64,000 bases of DNA. Source: an uncultured Armatimonadetes bacterium (GTDB taxonomy: Bacteria > Armatimonadota > UBA5829 > DTJY01). Location: positions 4,320,001-4,384,000 of the forward strand of contig OY970325.1 in the NCBI GenBank assembly GCA_963717145.1, written 5' to 3'. A program made the translations under genes and the position numbers. Below, one piece after another: positions 1-9,496 of the stretch (position 1 is the first letter of the stretch; each line of letters starts with the position of its first letter). A model generated the notes under the pieces. It was not told where the DNA came from, made no database searches, and saw only the letters and a list, made by a program, of their open reading frames with translations.

Positions 1-497
1 ATCACGGGTCGGACGAGCACGTCGATGGACGTCGCGGTGAAGCTCGGTCTCAGGGGAACGAACTCGCTGTGACCCTTCATCGGGCCCGCACCCGGGGCGA
101 ACCACCGGCAGCCCTCGCGCTCGAGGAAGTCATAGACCGCAAAGAGAGTCCCTCTGGGCATCGCGCCCTTGAGGACCATGTTTCCACGGTCTGCCGTGAC
201 GCGGTAGGAGTCGTCGCCCTCGAAGCGCGATGAGACGACTCGGTGCTTGGCGAGGTCACAGTCGCCGACCGCGATCCACGGCGACGCGCCCGCGTCGGTG
301 CCGATCGGGAGCTTCGCGCCGGTCATGAGCTGCAGGTACTTCTGAAGCTCCTCGGCGGCATACCGCTCGGTCGGATCAGCCGCCGGACCGATCACGATCA
401 CGAAGGCGGACTTCCCCTCGACCGCCACTTTCGGCGGGGCCGCGAATGCCATACTGGAGAGCAAGAGTGCAATCAGAATGAGAATGGCGCGTTTCAT
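1..497 (-). CDS. Secreted DUF4838/GH67-N-like protein, runs off the window edge
   Basis: My translation: MKRAILILIALLLSSMAFAAPPK...ERYAAEELQKYLQLMTGAKLPI...GTLFAVYDFLEREGCRWFAP. It has a signal peptide and the N-terminal motifs typical of this family. Not in the ORF track. Confidence 0.75.
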   Translation of the reverse strand, partial: MKRAILILIALLLSSMAFAAPPKVAVEGKSAFVIVIGPAADPTERYAAEELQKYLQLMTGAKLPIGTDAGASPWIAVGDCDLAKHRVVSSRFEGDDSYRVTADRGNMVLKGAMPRGTLFAVYDFLEREGCRWFAPGAGPMKGHSEFVPLRPSFTATSIDVLVRPV

Positions 498-501
498 GGT
501 G

Positions 502-3213
502 TTACCTCTTTGTTTCAAGTGTGTAGCTCCCAGCGGGCACATGGGCGTTCACCGCTCCGGCGGAGTTGGCGTGGGCCGCCGTGCCGTCAGTGTCGCCGGG
601 CGCACGGAGTACGAGTGACGCGCCGGGAGGGAGGCCCTTCGCGGTGAGGGTGAACGCCCCGACGGATTGGGTATCGATGGCGAACTGCTTCCCGATCCCA
701 CGGACGGTGATCTCCACGGACGAGCCGGTGATCCAGATGTCGTAGGGCTTCAGCATGCCGGAACCGATGACGCGGTAGTTCGCCGGGAGTGCGATCGACT
801 TCGCCTTGAGCGCCTCTTCGTAGGCGTCGCGGTATCGGCCCTGGTCAAGGAGCTTCTGCGCACTCACGAGCAGCGCCCGGAGAACCCTCACCCCCGACCC
901 CTCTCCCTTCAGAAGGGCGAGGGGAGACGCTGACCCCCCTCGCCCTTCTGAAGGGAGAGGGGTCGGGGGTGAGGGTTCTCCGAGTTCGTCGATCAGGTTG
1001 AGGGTGTCCCTGCGCCAGGTGATGAGGAGGCTCTCCATGCGGCGGCGATACATCTTCGGCGTCGGCTGAGCGAGCATCCGGGCGATAGGCTTCCAGCTCT
1101 CCGGAGTGCCCTGGTTCGTATGGTGAGAGAACCGGCAGCCGTTCTCATACATGCCGCAGAGGTTCGGGATGAACCTGTAGGCATTGTTGTCGCCGTGGCT
1201 CTCGTAGTCGGAGCACGCTGCCCTGCCGAGTTCACGGGCGCGAAGATACGGCTCCGGTCCGCCGCCTAGCCCGACTCCCGCCTCGGGGTAGACCGCCTGC
1301 TCCCAGATCGGATGGAAGCGGTCATCGAGCGGGTAGCCCTTTCCGCCGACCCAGTAGACGTAGTTGCTCGCCCCACGATCATCCTTGGGGAATTCGATTC
1401 TGTCACCCTCGACGACGATTGCCTCCTTGCGGAGGTTCTGCCGCATCGTGTTGGAGATCATCTGGTTGAAGCGCGTCGGGTTCAGATGCAGCCACATCTT
1501 CTCGCGCTCATCGAGGCCGTCCGCCGGGTCGAGGTTCACCCCATCGCGGGCCGCGTCCTGGATGACCGACCAGTTGAAATCCATGAGCATATCAAGCCTG
1601 GGCACGCCGCTATTGACGCGGCCATAGCCGTCCTCGAAGACATCGACGATCTTCGTCCAGTAGCAGGGCTCGTCCTCGCCGATCATGCCGAGGAGGTTGC
1701 CGCCCATGCCGGCCTGCTCCATCCTGAGCAGCCAGGGATCGAGCTTGCGAACGGCATCCGCGATGCCATTCGACCGCGCCTCGTTCAGCACCGGGTTGTT
1801 CATCGTTAGCCACGGAACGCTCGACCAGTGGTTCGGCGTCGTGAGACCGTAGTGGACATCGTACCAGCCCGGCTTGCACGAGTCCATGTATTCTTTCAGG
1901 CCCGGGTCGTCGTAGTTGTCGAACTTGCTGTATGCGATCTGCTGGTACTCGATCGCGCGGAAGGTCTTTCCCTTGCCGTCGGAGGTGCCGAGCGGCGAGA
2001 ACGACCAGGTGGTCGGGAAGCCGGGCACGAATGGGACGTTCTTCTCCAGGACGAGCTTACCGAGCCCATCGGCGAGCGTCTGCATCTGGTCAGGCCCGCG
2101 CTGGAGGTATGCGAAGTCGACCGCGATCCCGATCGAGTCGCGCGCACCGGCCTCGTCGAAAACCTTGATCCACCGGTCGATCATGGCGGTATCCTTCACG
2201 GGGTCGAGCCGGGGGAACCTTGGGCAGATCACCATCGGCAGCATGAAGCGGCTCTCTTCGCAGTACATGTCGAAGTCCGAGTAGGCCCGGAGCGACCGGA
2301 TGCGCATCCCGTAGCCGGACGTGTCCCGGAATGTGATCTTTGCGGTGGACTTGCCGGTCGGGGGGACATCGACGAAGTAGGTCATCAGGCCGGGCCCGTC
2401 ATCGACGAAATCCCTGAGATGGACCGACTTGCCGTCGACCAGGACGCGGTAGAGGGTGCGGTCTCCGTTGCGGGCCTCGTCGTTGACCTCCTGGACCTCG
2501 AGCGTCCACATGCCGGTCGCCGGGACCTTGACCTGGTAGCTGATCTCCCTCGGCTTGAACGCCGGCACGGGAGAGGGTGGGGCATAGACCGCGAACTCCT
2601 GGATCCTACGGTAGATCGCCTGGTGCTTCGGGCCGTTGATGCAGCGCATTCGGAGCTTGCTGGCGGTCAGGTTGAGGCCGGGGAGGACGATGAGTGGCCC
2701 CTTGTTCCCTCTGATCCGCGCGATCGGGTGCTCGGTGTCCCAGGCGGATCCATCCCAGCGGAGGAGGTCGAAATCGCTGAGGGCATAGCTCGCCCACGTC
2801 TTGATCATCACCTTGCCGATGCGCGTCGGAAGGCCGAAATCAAGGTCCCAGGTGGACTCCTTCTCGTCCGAGGCGTCGTTCGTCCACGTGCCGTCCGCGC
2901 CGTCGAGCGGCCCCCAGACGTCGTATCCCGCGGATGTCGTGCCGGCGGTGGGACGCGGATAGCCCTCCTTCGCGAGGTTGAGGGCGAGGTTCTTGGGCTC
3001 GGGATTGATCGCGGGCGTCGTCCGGCAGAGGTAGAACTCGCTCCGCAGGCCGATGCTCCCGCCGCACTTCTCGATCTTCGATCCGAACTCCTTGACCTTG
3101 TGCGCCTTCTCCGACGCCGGATCCGAGGTCAGGACATAGTCGGTCTGCCCCGCCCCGAAGGCATGGGTGCTGAGCATCAGCATGGCAAGGAAGAGAAGAG
3201 TCCTGGGGAACAT
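502..3213 (-). CDS. Large secreted protein with a discoidin/F5-8-like domain and a probable glycoside-hydrolase-like domain
   Basis: 903-aa ORF with a signal peptide and a discoidin-like WDLDFG...RIQEFAVY segment. It contains an in-frame palindromic insertion. Confidence 0.7.
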   Translation of the reverse strand: MFPRTLLFLAMLMLSTHAFGAGQTDYVLTSDPASEKAHKVKEFGSKIEKCGGSIGLRSEFYLCRTTPAINPEPKNLALNLAKEGYPRPTAGTTSAGYDVWGPLDGADGTWTNDASDEKESTWDLDFGLPTRIGKVMIKTWASYALSDFDLLRWDGSAWDTEHPIARIRGNKGPLIVLPGLNLTASKLRMRCINGPKHQAIYRRIQEFAVYAPPSPVPAFKPREISYQVKVPATGMWTLEVQEVNDEARNGDRTLYRVLVDGKSVHLRDFVDDGPGLMTYFVDVPPTGKSTAKITFRDTSGYGMRIRSLRAYSDFDMYCEESRFMLPMVICPRFPRLDPVKDTAMIDRWIKVFDEAGARDSIGIAVDFAYLQRGPDQMQTLADGLGKLVLEKNVPFVPGFPTTWSFSPLGTSDGKGKTFRAIEYQQIAYSKFDNYDDPGLKEYMDSCKPGWYDVHYGLTTPNHWSSVPWLTMNNPVLNEARSNGIADAVRKLDPWLLRMEQAGMGGNLLGMIGEDEPCYWTKIVDVFEDGYGRVNSGVPRLDMLMDFNWSVIQDAARDGVNLDPADGLDEREKMWLHLNPTRFNQMISNTMRQNLRKEAIVVEGDRIEFPKDDRGASNYVYWVGGKGYPLDDRFHPIWEQAVYPEAGVGLGGGPEPYLRARELGRAACSDYESHGDNNAYRFIPNLCGMYENGCRFSHHTNQGTPESWKPIARMLAQPTPKMYRRRMESLLITWRRDTLNLIDELGEPSPPTPLPSEGRGGSASPLALLKGEGSGVRVLRALLVSAQKLLDQGRYRDAYEEALKAKSIALPANYRVIGSGMLKPYDIWITGSSVEITVRGIGKQFAIDTQSVGAFTLTAKGLPPGASLVLRAPGDTDGTAAHANSAGAVNAHVPAGSYTLETKR
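879..981. repeat. REP-like palindrome (CCCTCACCCC type) inside a CDS
   Basis: Near-perfect inverted repeat ggagaaccctcacccccgacccctctcccttcagaagggcgagggg...gggttctcc. Relatives at 27327-27364 and 55748-55836. Confidence 0.9.
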
Positions 3214-3288
3214 GTCATCACCGGTTTCTTAGATTGGTCTGTCTGCGGTATGTTCGGTCAGTCCCTCGGTATGTCCTGCGGACGGCCT

Positions 3289-3475
3289 GCCTCTCGTTAT
3301 GCCACCAGAGTGGCTACTCGAGGAGATCGGTCTGTCTCTTTCCGGGCTGCCCAGCCCCAACCGATCTCCTCGAGTAGCCACTCTGGTGGCATAACGAGAG
3401 GCCAGACGGGTTTGACCCTGCGCACAGCCCCAACCGATCTCCTCGAGTAGCCACTCTGGTGGCATAACGAGAGGC
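3289..3475. repeat. Three copies of a 43-bp structured repeat (forward 3289-3331, reverse 3360-3402, reverse 3433-3475)
   Basis: gcctctcgttatgccaccagagtggctactcgaggagatcggt and its reverse complement. Confidence 0.95.
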
Positions 3476-3477
3476 CG

Positions 3478-3822
3478 TCACACCTGCGCATCACCACCGC
3501 CGAAGCGCTGCGCCTTGTGCTTCTCGAACTCGTCCCAGTCCTTCTTCTTCGCTGCGGCTGAGACTGCGCAGAAGTCACCACGCACGAGCGCGGCTTTCTT
3601 CGCCTGACTCCACTTCTTCACCCTCAGTTCGGCCAGCTTGGCTTCTTCGCGCGTGGGCAAGGCTTCAGACCACACCAGTTCGACGGGCCTTCTGATGGTA
3701 GTGTAAGCACACTTGCCGCCTGCCTGGTGCTCAGCAAACCGGTTTTCCAGGTCATCGGTGTGGCCCACGTAGTAGGTGCCATCGGCACAGAGCAGCATGT
3801 AGACAAAGAACGGTTTGGGCAT
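3478..3822 (-). CDS. GIY-YIG nuclease (UPF0213/YhbQ-like)
   Basis: FVYMLLCADGTYYVGHTDDLENRFAEHQAG...YTTIRRPVELVWSE...AELRVKKWSQAKKAAL. Confidence 0.92.
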   Translation of the reverse strand: MPKPFFVYMLLCADGTYYVGHTDDLENRFAEHQAGGKCAYTTIRRPVELVWSEALPTREEAKLAELRVKKWSQAKKAALVRGDFCAVSAAAKKKDWDEFEKHKAQRFGGGDAQV

Positions 3823-3846
3823 GTCCTGTCTCCATAGGTTGGGTTG

Positions 3847-3959
3847 GCCTCTCGTTATGCCACCAGAGTGGCTACTCGAGGAGATCGGTTCTTTTCTTGC
3901 CGGGCTAGCCAGACCCGTCTAGCCTCGAGTAGGTTTCTCTGGAAACCATAGCGAGAGGC
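3847..3959. repeat. 43-bp repeat (forward) plus a diverged inverted copy upstream of the GIY-YIG gene
   Basis: Exact copy at 3847-3889. The variant at about 3923-3959 has the stem GGTTTC-CAGA-GAAACC. Confidence 0.9.
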
Positions 3960-3967
3960 GGTCAGAT

Positions 3968-4808
3968 CTAGCCCATCTTCCGGCAGCGGGCGATGTAGTG
4001 GTAGACCAGCTTGCCTGTCACGGCCTCGACCTCGAGCGCGTGGGAGAGAAGCTCACGCAGCTCGTCCAGCTTGAAGCGGAAGAAGTAGATGCCGCCCTCG
4101 TGCGCTCCCTCCTTCTCGCCGAAGAGCCGCGTCAGGATCGAATGCTGGTATGCCGATATCACGAGCCGCTCGCCACCCTTGAGCACGCGCGCAAGCTCAT
4201 TGACCGCCGACCTCCGGCTCTCGTGCGTCGGTATATGCTCGAGCACCTGGCAGCTCACCACGCGGTCGAAGCTCTCCGATCTGAGTGGCAGACGGCAGAT
4301 GTCGGCCTGGATCAGATCGACGTTTCGAATTCCCGCGCGTCTGAGCTTGGCCTTGCACCTGCAGAGTGACTCCCAACTGAAATCGACCGAAACCGAGCCG
4401 GCTGCACTTCGACGCGAAACTGCGGGTCATGCGCCCGGTCCCGCATCCGGCTTCGAGGAGGCGATCTTTGCCTGATAACCTAAGCTGACGAAGGGTGACC
4501 GGTATCTCCAGCAGGCCAAACAGGTTGAGGTACCACATGCGTTCGTAGTCCTTGACCTGGGAGTCGCGGGCGCGCATCTCGGTACGTTTGCGGGAGACTG
4601 CATGGTCGCCGGAATCGTGGGAGGAGCACAACTCTGAGGGCAGCATGCGGACGATGCCCTTCTCGATCGGGTATTCGCGGTGGCACTCGGAACAGGTGAG
4701 CGCACCTGAGACGACCTCGTCCATTCCGGCGAGGCGGTTCGCGTGCAGGGTCAGCTCCGACTCGCATCCGGCCGGGCAACTCAGTGAAGGGAGGATCGAT
4801 GGATTCAT
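3968..4808 (-). CDS. Trm112-like N-terminal domain plus class I SAM methyltransferase, frameshifted near 4400
   Basis: CPAGC...CSECHREYPIEKGIVRML and LEAGCGTG are in one frame, while VSCQVLEHIP...ELARVLKGG is in another. Confidence 0.8.
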
Positions 4809-4853
4809 GACGACATTACCATACCGGAAAACGGCCTCTCATGCAAGACCGGT

Positions 4854-4976
4854 GTTCGTGCGGATTTGCAATCCAGCACGCATTGGCAAAGTGGGAACTG
4901 TGATCCGGTCGCAAGCAGACTGGGCATCACAGATGCCGGTTTGCCCTCGGGTGCTGGATTACAAATCCGCACCAAC
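4854..4976. repeat. Inverted REP pair (GGATTTGCAATCC type)
   Basis: gtgcggatttgcaatccagcac ... gtgctggattacaaatccgcac. Confidence 0.8.
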
Positions 4977-4999
4977 GTCCTCTGTCATTCGACGCGAGA

Positions 5000-5944
5000 T
5001 CACTTTGCTTTCGGTTTCAGATGCTTCTCGAGGAACTTGTCGATCTTGTCATCCACATCGGGACGAGGCGGCCAGCCGTGCTTTCCGTCCTTCACGAGGT
5101 AGAAGTCCGACTCGACGCCCGCCTTCCTGAGGACCTTGTTGAGCAGCTCGCCCTGACTCGCAGGCGTCAACGGATCCAGGCCGCCGTGGAAGATGTAGAA
5201 CGGCGCATCGTCTTTCGATGCATAGGTCGTCGGGCTGGCTTTGCGGCACAGCTCCGGGTGCTCGAAGTACTTGACGCCGAGAAGGTGCGATATCGACTCC
5301 TTGCCATCAAGAGGCAGGAAGCGGGCAGTTGACTTCCCGGCCTTTGCCAGTTCATAGATAGCCAGGAAGTCGGTCATGCCGTAGTACTCGACGACTGCCT
5401 GGACGCGGCTCGACTCCGCGGCCCATCCGCCGTCGCCCTCGAACTCCTTGATGCCGCCGGTGACGCCGAGCATAGCGACGAGATTGCCGCCCGCCGAGCC
5501 GCCCCAGACGCCGATGCGGTCGGGATCGAGGTTGTACTCCTTCGCATGGGCTCGGAGAAACCTGATCGCGCACTTGCAGTCCTGGAGTTGCGCCGGGAAG
5601 CGCGCTTCGTAGGCGAACCGGTAGTCGATCGTGATGCCGACGTAGCCTTGCTTCACAAATCGTTCCAACCGCTTGTAGCCATCGGTCCTGCTGCCCGAAA
5701 CGAAGCCGCCGCCGTGGATCCACACCAGGACCGGCATCGGGTTCTTCGGCAGTTTCTTGAGCCGGAGGATATCCAGCCTGTGCTTGACGTTTCCGTCGGG
5801 GCTGTATGCGATGTCCTTGATCAGTTCCATGTCGTCCGGCGCCTTGAACTCGGGCTTCGGCGCGGGCTCGGGCGCGGCCTCTTCAGCCGCGGAGAGAGCC
5901 GCCGCCAGTCCGAGGATCGCCAGGACCAGAATAAGCTTGATCAT
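5000..5944 (-). CDS. Secreted alpha/beta hydrolase (HSL/BD-FAE-like esterase)
   Basis: HGGG oxyanion motif, GGSAGG nucleophile, C-terminal H..D and HG motifs, signal peptide. Confidence 0.92.
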   Translation of the reverse strand: MIKLILVLAILGLAAALSAAEEAAPEPAPKPEFKAPDDMELIKDIAYSPDGNVKHRLDILRLKKLPKNPMPVLVWIHGGGFVSGSRTDGYKRLERFVKQGYVGITIDYRFAYEARFPAQLQDCKCAIRFLRAHAKEYNLDPDRIGVWGGSAGGNLVAMLGVTGGIKEFEGDGGWAAESSRVQAVVEYYGMTDFLAIYELAKAGKSTARFLPLDGKESISHLLGVKYFEHPELCRKASPTTYASKDDAPFYIFHGGLDPLTPASQGELLNKVLRKAGVESDFYLVKDGKHGWPPRPDVDDKIDKFLEKHLKPKAK

Positions 5945-6885
5945 TTCAGTTTGCTTCCCTTCCCAAGATGCTTTTCGAAGAACTCCACGACCGGCTCGCC
6001 CAGATCGGGACGCCCGGGGAAACTGTGACCGATATCCTTGATGATCTGCAAGGTAGAATCGACACCAGCCCTATTGAGCGCTTCATGGAACGCCACGCTC
6101 TGATCGAGCGGAACGGTGTCGTCCTTGTCGCCGTGCATGATCAGAAACGGCGGAGCACCCTTCTTGACGTAGGTGATCGGGCTTGCCCTCTTGCATGCCT
6201 CCGGATTCTCCCAGATTACGCCGCCGACGAGTGCCGAGAGCCGTTCGGCGATGTCGCCCGTCACCCACGTCTCCTTTGTCGCACCACGAGCTTTCTCTTC
6301 CATGGCGGTCTTGTAGATGTCCATCCGGCCGAACCAGTCGCAGACGGCCTGCACCCGGCTCGACTCCTTCGCCCAGCCGCCCTTGCCCTCGAACTCCCTC
6401 ACGCCGCCGGTCACTCCGAGGAGGGCGACGAGAGTGCCGCCCGCCGATCCGCCCCATGCTCCGATGTGACCAGGATCGGCGTTGTATTCCTTCGCATGAG
6501 CGCGCACCCATCGCACCGCGCACTTGCAGTCCTCGATCTGGGCCGGGAAGATCGCCTCGCCGCTGAGCCGGTAGTCGATCGTGACGCAGAAGAATCCGCG
6601 CTGGGCCAGCGGTATCAGACGCCGAATGCCGGCGCCCTTGTTCCCGGACCGGAAGCCGCCGCCGTGAACGAAGATGACCACAGGCATAGGGTTCTTCAGC
6701 CGGACCGTAGGGCGCACGATGTCGAGCTTGAGGGATATATCGCCGCCCTTGCCGTACTCGATGTCGTGGATGACCTCCACGTCGGACGGGATAACCAGTT
6801 CCGGCTTCGGCGCAGGTTCCGCCGCCAATGTGCCGGCAGTCATCAGAATGGCAATCAGGGCGCAGCAGACGGTCAGTGTTGTCAT
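5941..6885 (-). CDS. Secreted alpha/beta hydrolase (paralogue 2)
   Basis: HGGG, GGSAGG, HGDKD, GHS. ATGA overlap with its neighbour. Confidence 0.92.
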   Translation of the reverse strand: MTTLTVCCALIAILMTAGTLAAEPAPKPELVIPSDVEVIHDIEYGKGGDISLKLDIVRPTVRLKNPMPVVIFVHGGGFRSGNKGAGIRRLIPLAQRGFFCVTIDYRLSGEAIFPAQIEDCKCAVRWVRAHAKEYNADPGHIGAWGGSAGGTLVALLGVTGGVREFEGKGGWAKESSRVQAVCDWFGRMDIYKTAMEEKARGATKETWVTGDIAERLSALVGGVIWENPEACKRASPITYVKKGAPPFLIMHGDKDDTVPLDQSVAFHEALNRAGVDSTLQIIKDIGHSFPGRPDLGEPVVEFFEKHLGKGSKLK

Positions 6886-7799
6886 TTCTGTTTGTTCACT
6901 TTGCGCAGATGCTTCTCGAAGAACTCCACGACGGGCTTATCCGCGTTGTACTTTGGGCCGAAGCCGTGCCCCGCGCCCTCCAGTATCTTCAGCGTGGCAT
7001 CGACTCCCACCTTCTTGAGGGCGTCGTAGAAGACCTGGCTCTGGCTCAACGGGACGAGCGGGTCCTGGTCGCCGTGCATGATAAGGAACGGGGGATCGTC
7101 CTTGCTGACATATGTGATGGGGCTCGCCTTCCTGCAGACATCGGGCTTCTCCCAGAACTTGCCGCCGACGAGCAGCGAGATCGGGTCGGTCGCGCCGAGT
7201 TTTGCGATCTGATCCTCGGTCATGCCGGCCTTTCTCGCGTCCTCGGCGATCTTGAGGAAGTCGGTCGGGCCGAACCAGTCGCAGACAGCCTGCACCTTGC
7301 TCGACTCCTTCGGGTAGCCACCCTTGCCTTCGAGGTCCTTCGCGCCGCCGGACGTGCCGAGTAGCGCGACGAGATGCCCGCCGGCCGAGCCGCCCCAGAC
7401 TCCGATGCGTATCGGATCGGCGTTGTATTCCTTGGCATGAGCGCGCATCCAGCGGATCGCGCACTTGCAGTCCTCGATCTGGGCGGGGAAGATCGCGACA
7501 TCGGTGAGCCGGTAGTTGATCGTGGCGCAGAAGTAGCCCTTTTGTGCGAGCGGGATCAGGTGCTGAGTGCCGCCCTGCTTGTCGCCGCCGCTCCATCCAC
7601 CGCCGTGGACGAAGATGACGACCGGCATCGGGTCCTTCGGCGTGACCTTTGGGCGCACGATGTCGAGCTTGAGGGACACCCCGCCGCCCTTCCCGTACTC
7701 GACGTCGCGGATGACTTCGACGTCTGACGGAATCTGTGCGAGCGCGGGGATGCACATCGCGAGGACGATCAGTATGGCAGTGATGATGCGCTTTCTCAT
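6882..7799 (-). CDS. Secreted alpha/beta hydrolase (paralogue 3)
   Basis: HGGG, GGSAGGHL, HGDQD, GAGHG. Confidence 0.92.
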   Translation of the reverse strand: MRKRIITAILIVLAMCIPALAQIPSDVEVIRDVEYGKGGGVSLKLDIVRPKVTPKDPMPVVIFVHGGGWSGGDKQGGTQHLIPLAQKGYFCATINYRLTDVAIFPAQIEDCKCAIRWMRAHAKEYNADPIRIGVWGGSAGGHLVALLGTSGGAKDLEGKGGYPKESSKVQAVCDWFGPTDFLKIAEDARKAGMTEDQIAKLGATDPISLLVGGKFWEKPDVCRKASPITYVSKDDPPFLIMHGDQDPLVPLSQSQVFYDALKKVGVDATLKILEGAGHGFGPKYNADKPVVEFFEKHLRKVNKQK

Positions 7800-7874
7800 G
7801 GTGTCACTTCCTTTGGGTGAGGTTACTTACCAAGACGGACTCGGAGATCAGTTGTTCAGTGTGTCACAGCCAAC

Positions 7875-8104
7875 GTAGGGAACGGAACGGGACGGCGGCG
7901 CGTTCCCCACATGATGATCAACCGCAAAGACGCAAAGGACGCCAAGACGGAACGGGACGGCGGCGCGTTCCCCACATGATGATCAACCGCAAAGACGCAA
8001 AGGACGCCAAGACGGAACGGGACAGCGGCGCGGTCCCTACATGATGATTGACCACGAAGACGCAAAGGACGCCAAGACGGATCGGGACGGCGACCGTTCC
8101 CTAC
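7875..8104. repeat. Tandem 65-bp composite repeat, about 3.5 copies
   Basis: Units start at 7882, 7947, 8012 and 8077: acggaacgggacggcggcgcgttccccacatgatgatcaaccgcaaagacgcaaaggacgccaag. Confidence 0.9.
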
Positions 8105-9399
8105 GAAGCGCAGTTCGTAAGTTTGAAGACGTGGGCGTGCTCGCATGGCAGCTCATCCACCGAGAGCTGTGGCATGACTAGGACCATCGTGCCGTCTCTG
8201 GTGCCCCACTTGAGCGTTCCGAAGCCGAGCAGTTCGACGGTTGTGTTGGGGGAGGGCTTTGGGGCGCTGAGCACCAACTCCTGGGCGGGCCACTTGAGGG
8301 CGATGGCGTAGACCGCGCCGTCCTTAGACGTGTAGCAGACATCACCTTCGGAGGAGACCCTCCACTGCTTCGTGCCGTAGATCGACTCGCCGTTGAGATC
8401 GAGCCACTCGCCGATCTGGAGCAGCCGCTCCTCCATGATGACCGGGATCGTGCCATCAGCGGCGGGCCCGATGTCGAGGAGCAGGTTGCCCCCCTTGCTG
8501 ACTGTCTCGATGAGGAGGTGGATCAGGTCGCGCGCCGACTTGTAGTCCTCGAGGCGCTCGTTGCGGCTGAAGCCGAACGACGCGCCGATGCCCCGGCACT
8601 CCTCCCACTTGCGGTTCTCCGCGAGCGTGAGGTCTGCTCCGAGGTGGATCTGCCCGTACTCCGTCGTGAAGTAGCCGCCGTGGACGCTTCGTGTCTCCTT
8701 GCCCCACCTGTCGTTGACCGCCACCTCGTCCTTCACGGGCGACTCGTTGAAGAGCCACGCGAGGAATTCGACGCTCTTCCAGTCCTCGCTCGGCTTCTCC
8801 CACTCGCCGTCGGTCCAGACCAGCGACGGCTCATACCGCGTGACGAGGTCCTTCATCTGCGGGATCATGTGCTCATCGACGTAGCGCGGGAGGTCGTTGA
8901 GGTAGTCGGGGTTGTACCACTCGTAGAGCGAGTAGTAGAAGCCCATCTTGATGCCGCGCGCCTTGACAGCGTCCGACAGGTCGCCGCAGATGTCGCGATG
9001 CGGGCCGATATCGACGCTGTTCCAGTTCCAACTATGCCTGCTCGGCCAGAGACAGAAGCCGTCGTGATGGCGGGAGACGAAGACGATGTACTTCGCGCCG
9101 GCCCGGTCGAAGAGGTCGGCCCACTGATCGGGGTCGAACATCTCGGCCTTGAACATCGGCGCGAAATCCTGATATTGGAAGTTCGGGCCGTAGACCTCGG
9201 GATGGCGCTTGTGCGTCGGATGCTTGGGGTTATTCATGTGGTGCCAGTACCACTCCGCGTAAGCATCCGCCCCGCCGCCGGTCGGGGCCCATGCGGGCAC
9301 GGAATAGACGCCCCAGTGGATGAAGATCCCGAACTTCGCGTCGTCGAGCCATTGAGGCGTGGGCCGCTTGTCGATCGATTCCCAGGTCGGTTGGTACAT
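8101..9399 (-). CDS. Alpha-L-fucosidase (GH29)
   Basis: YQPTWESID, KFGIFIHWG, RHHDGFCLW, WTDG, VNDRWG, GGNLLLDIGP. The likely start is ATG at 9399, after an AAGGAG RBS. Confidence 0.95.
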   Translation of the reverse strand: MYQPTWESIDKRPTPQWLDDAKFGIFIHWGVYSVPAWAPTGGGADAYAEWYWHHMNNPKHPTHKRHPEVYGPNFQYQDFAPMFKAEMFDPDQWADLFDRAGAKYIVFVSRHHDGFCLWPSRHSWNWNSVDIGPHRDICGDLSDAVKARGIKMGFYYSLYEWYNPDYLNDLPRYVDEHMIPQMKDLVTRYEPSLVWTDGEWEKPSEDWKSVEFLAWLFNESPVKDEVAVNDRWGKETRSVHGGYFTTEYGQIHLGADLTLAENRKWEECRGIGASFGFSRNERLEDYKSARDLIHLLIETVSKGGNLLLDIGPAADGTIPVIMEERLLQIGEWLDLNGESIYGTKQWRVSSEGDVCYTSKDGAVYAIALKWPAQELVLSAPKPSPNTTVELLGFGTLKWGTRDGTMVLVMPQLSVDELPCEHAHVFKLTNCAS

Positions 9400-9496
9400 G
9401 GTTTCTCCTTCGGAGCGCGGAATCAGGCTACTGTAAACATTGTAGGGTATGAGCCGACAAGCAGTCAACTGATCAGCGGTGCATTCGAGTTCAGCA

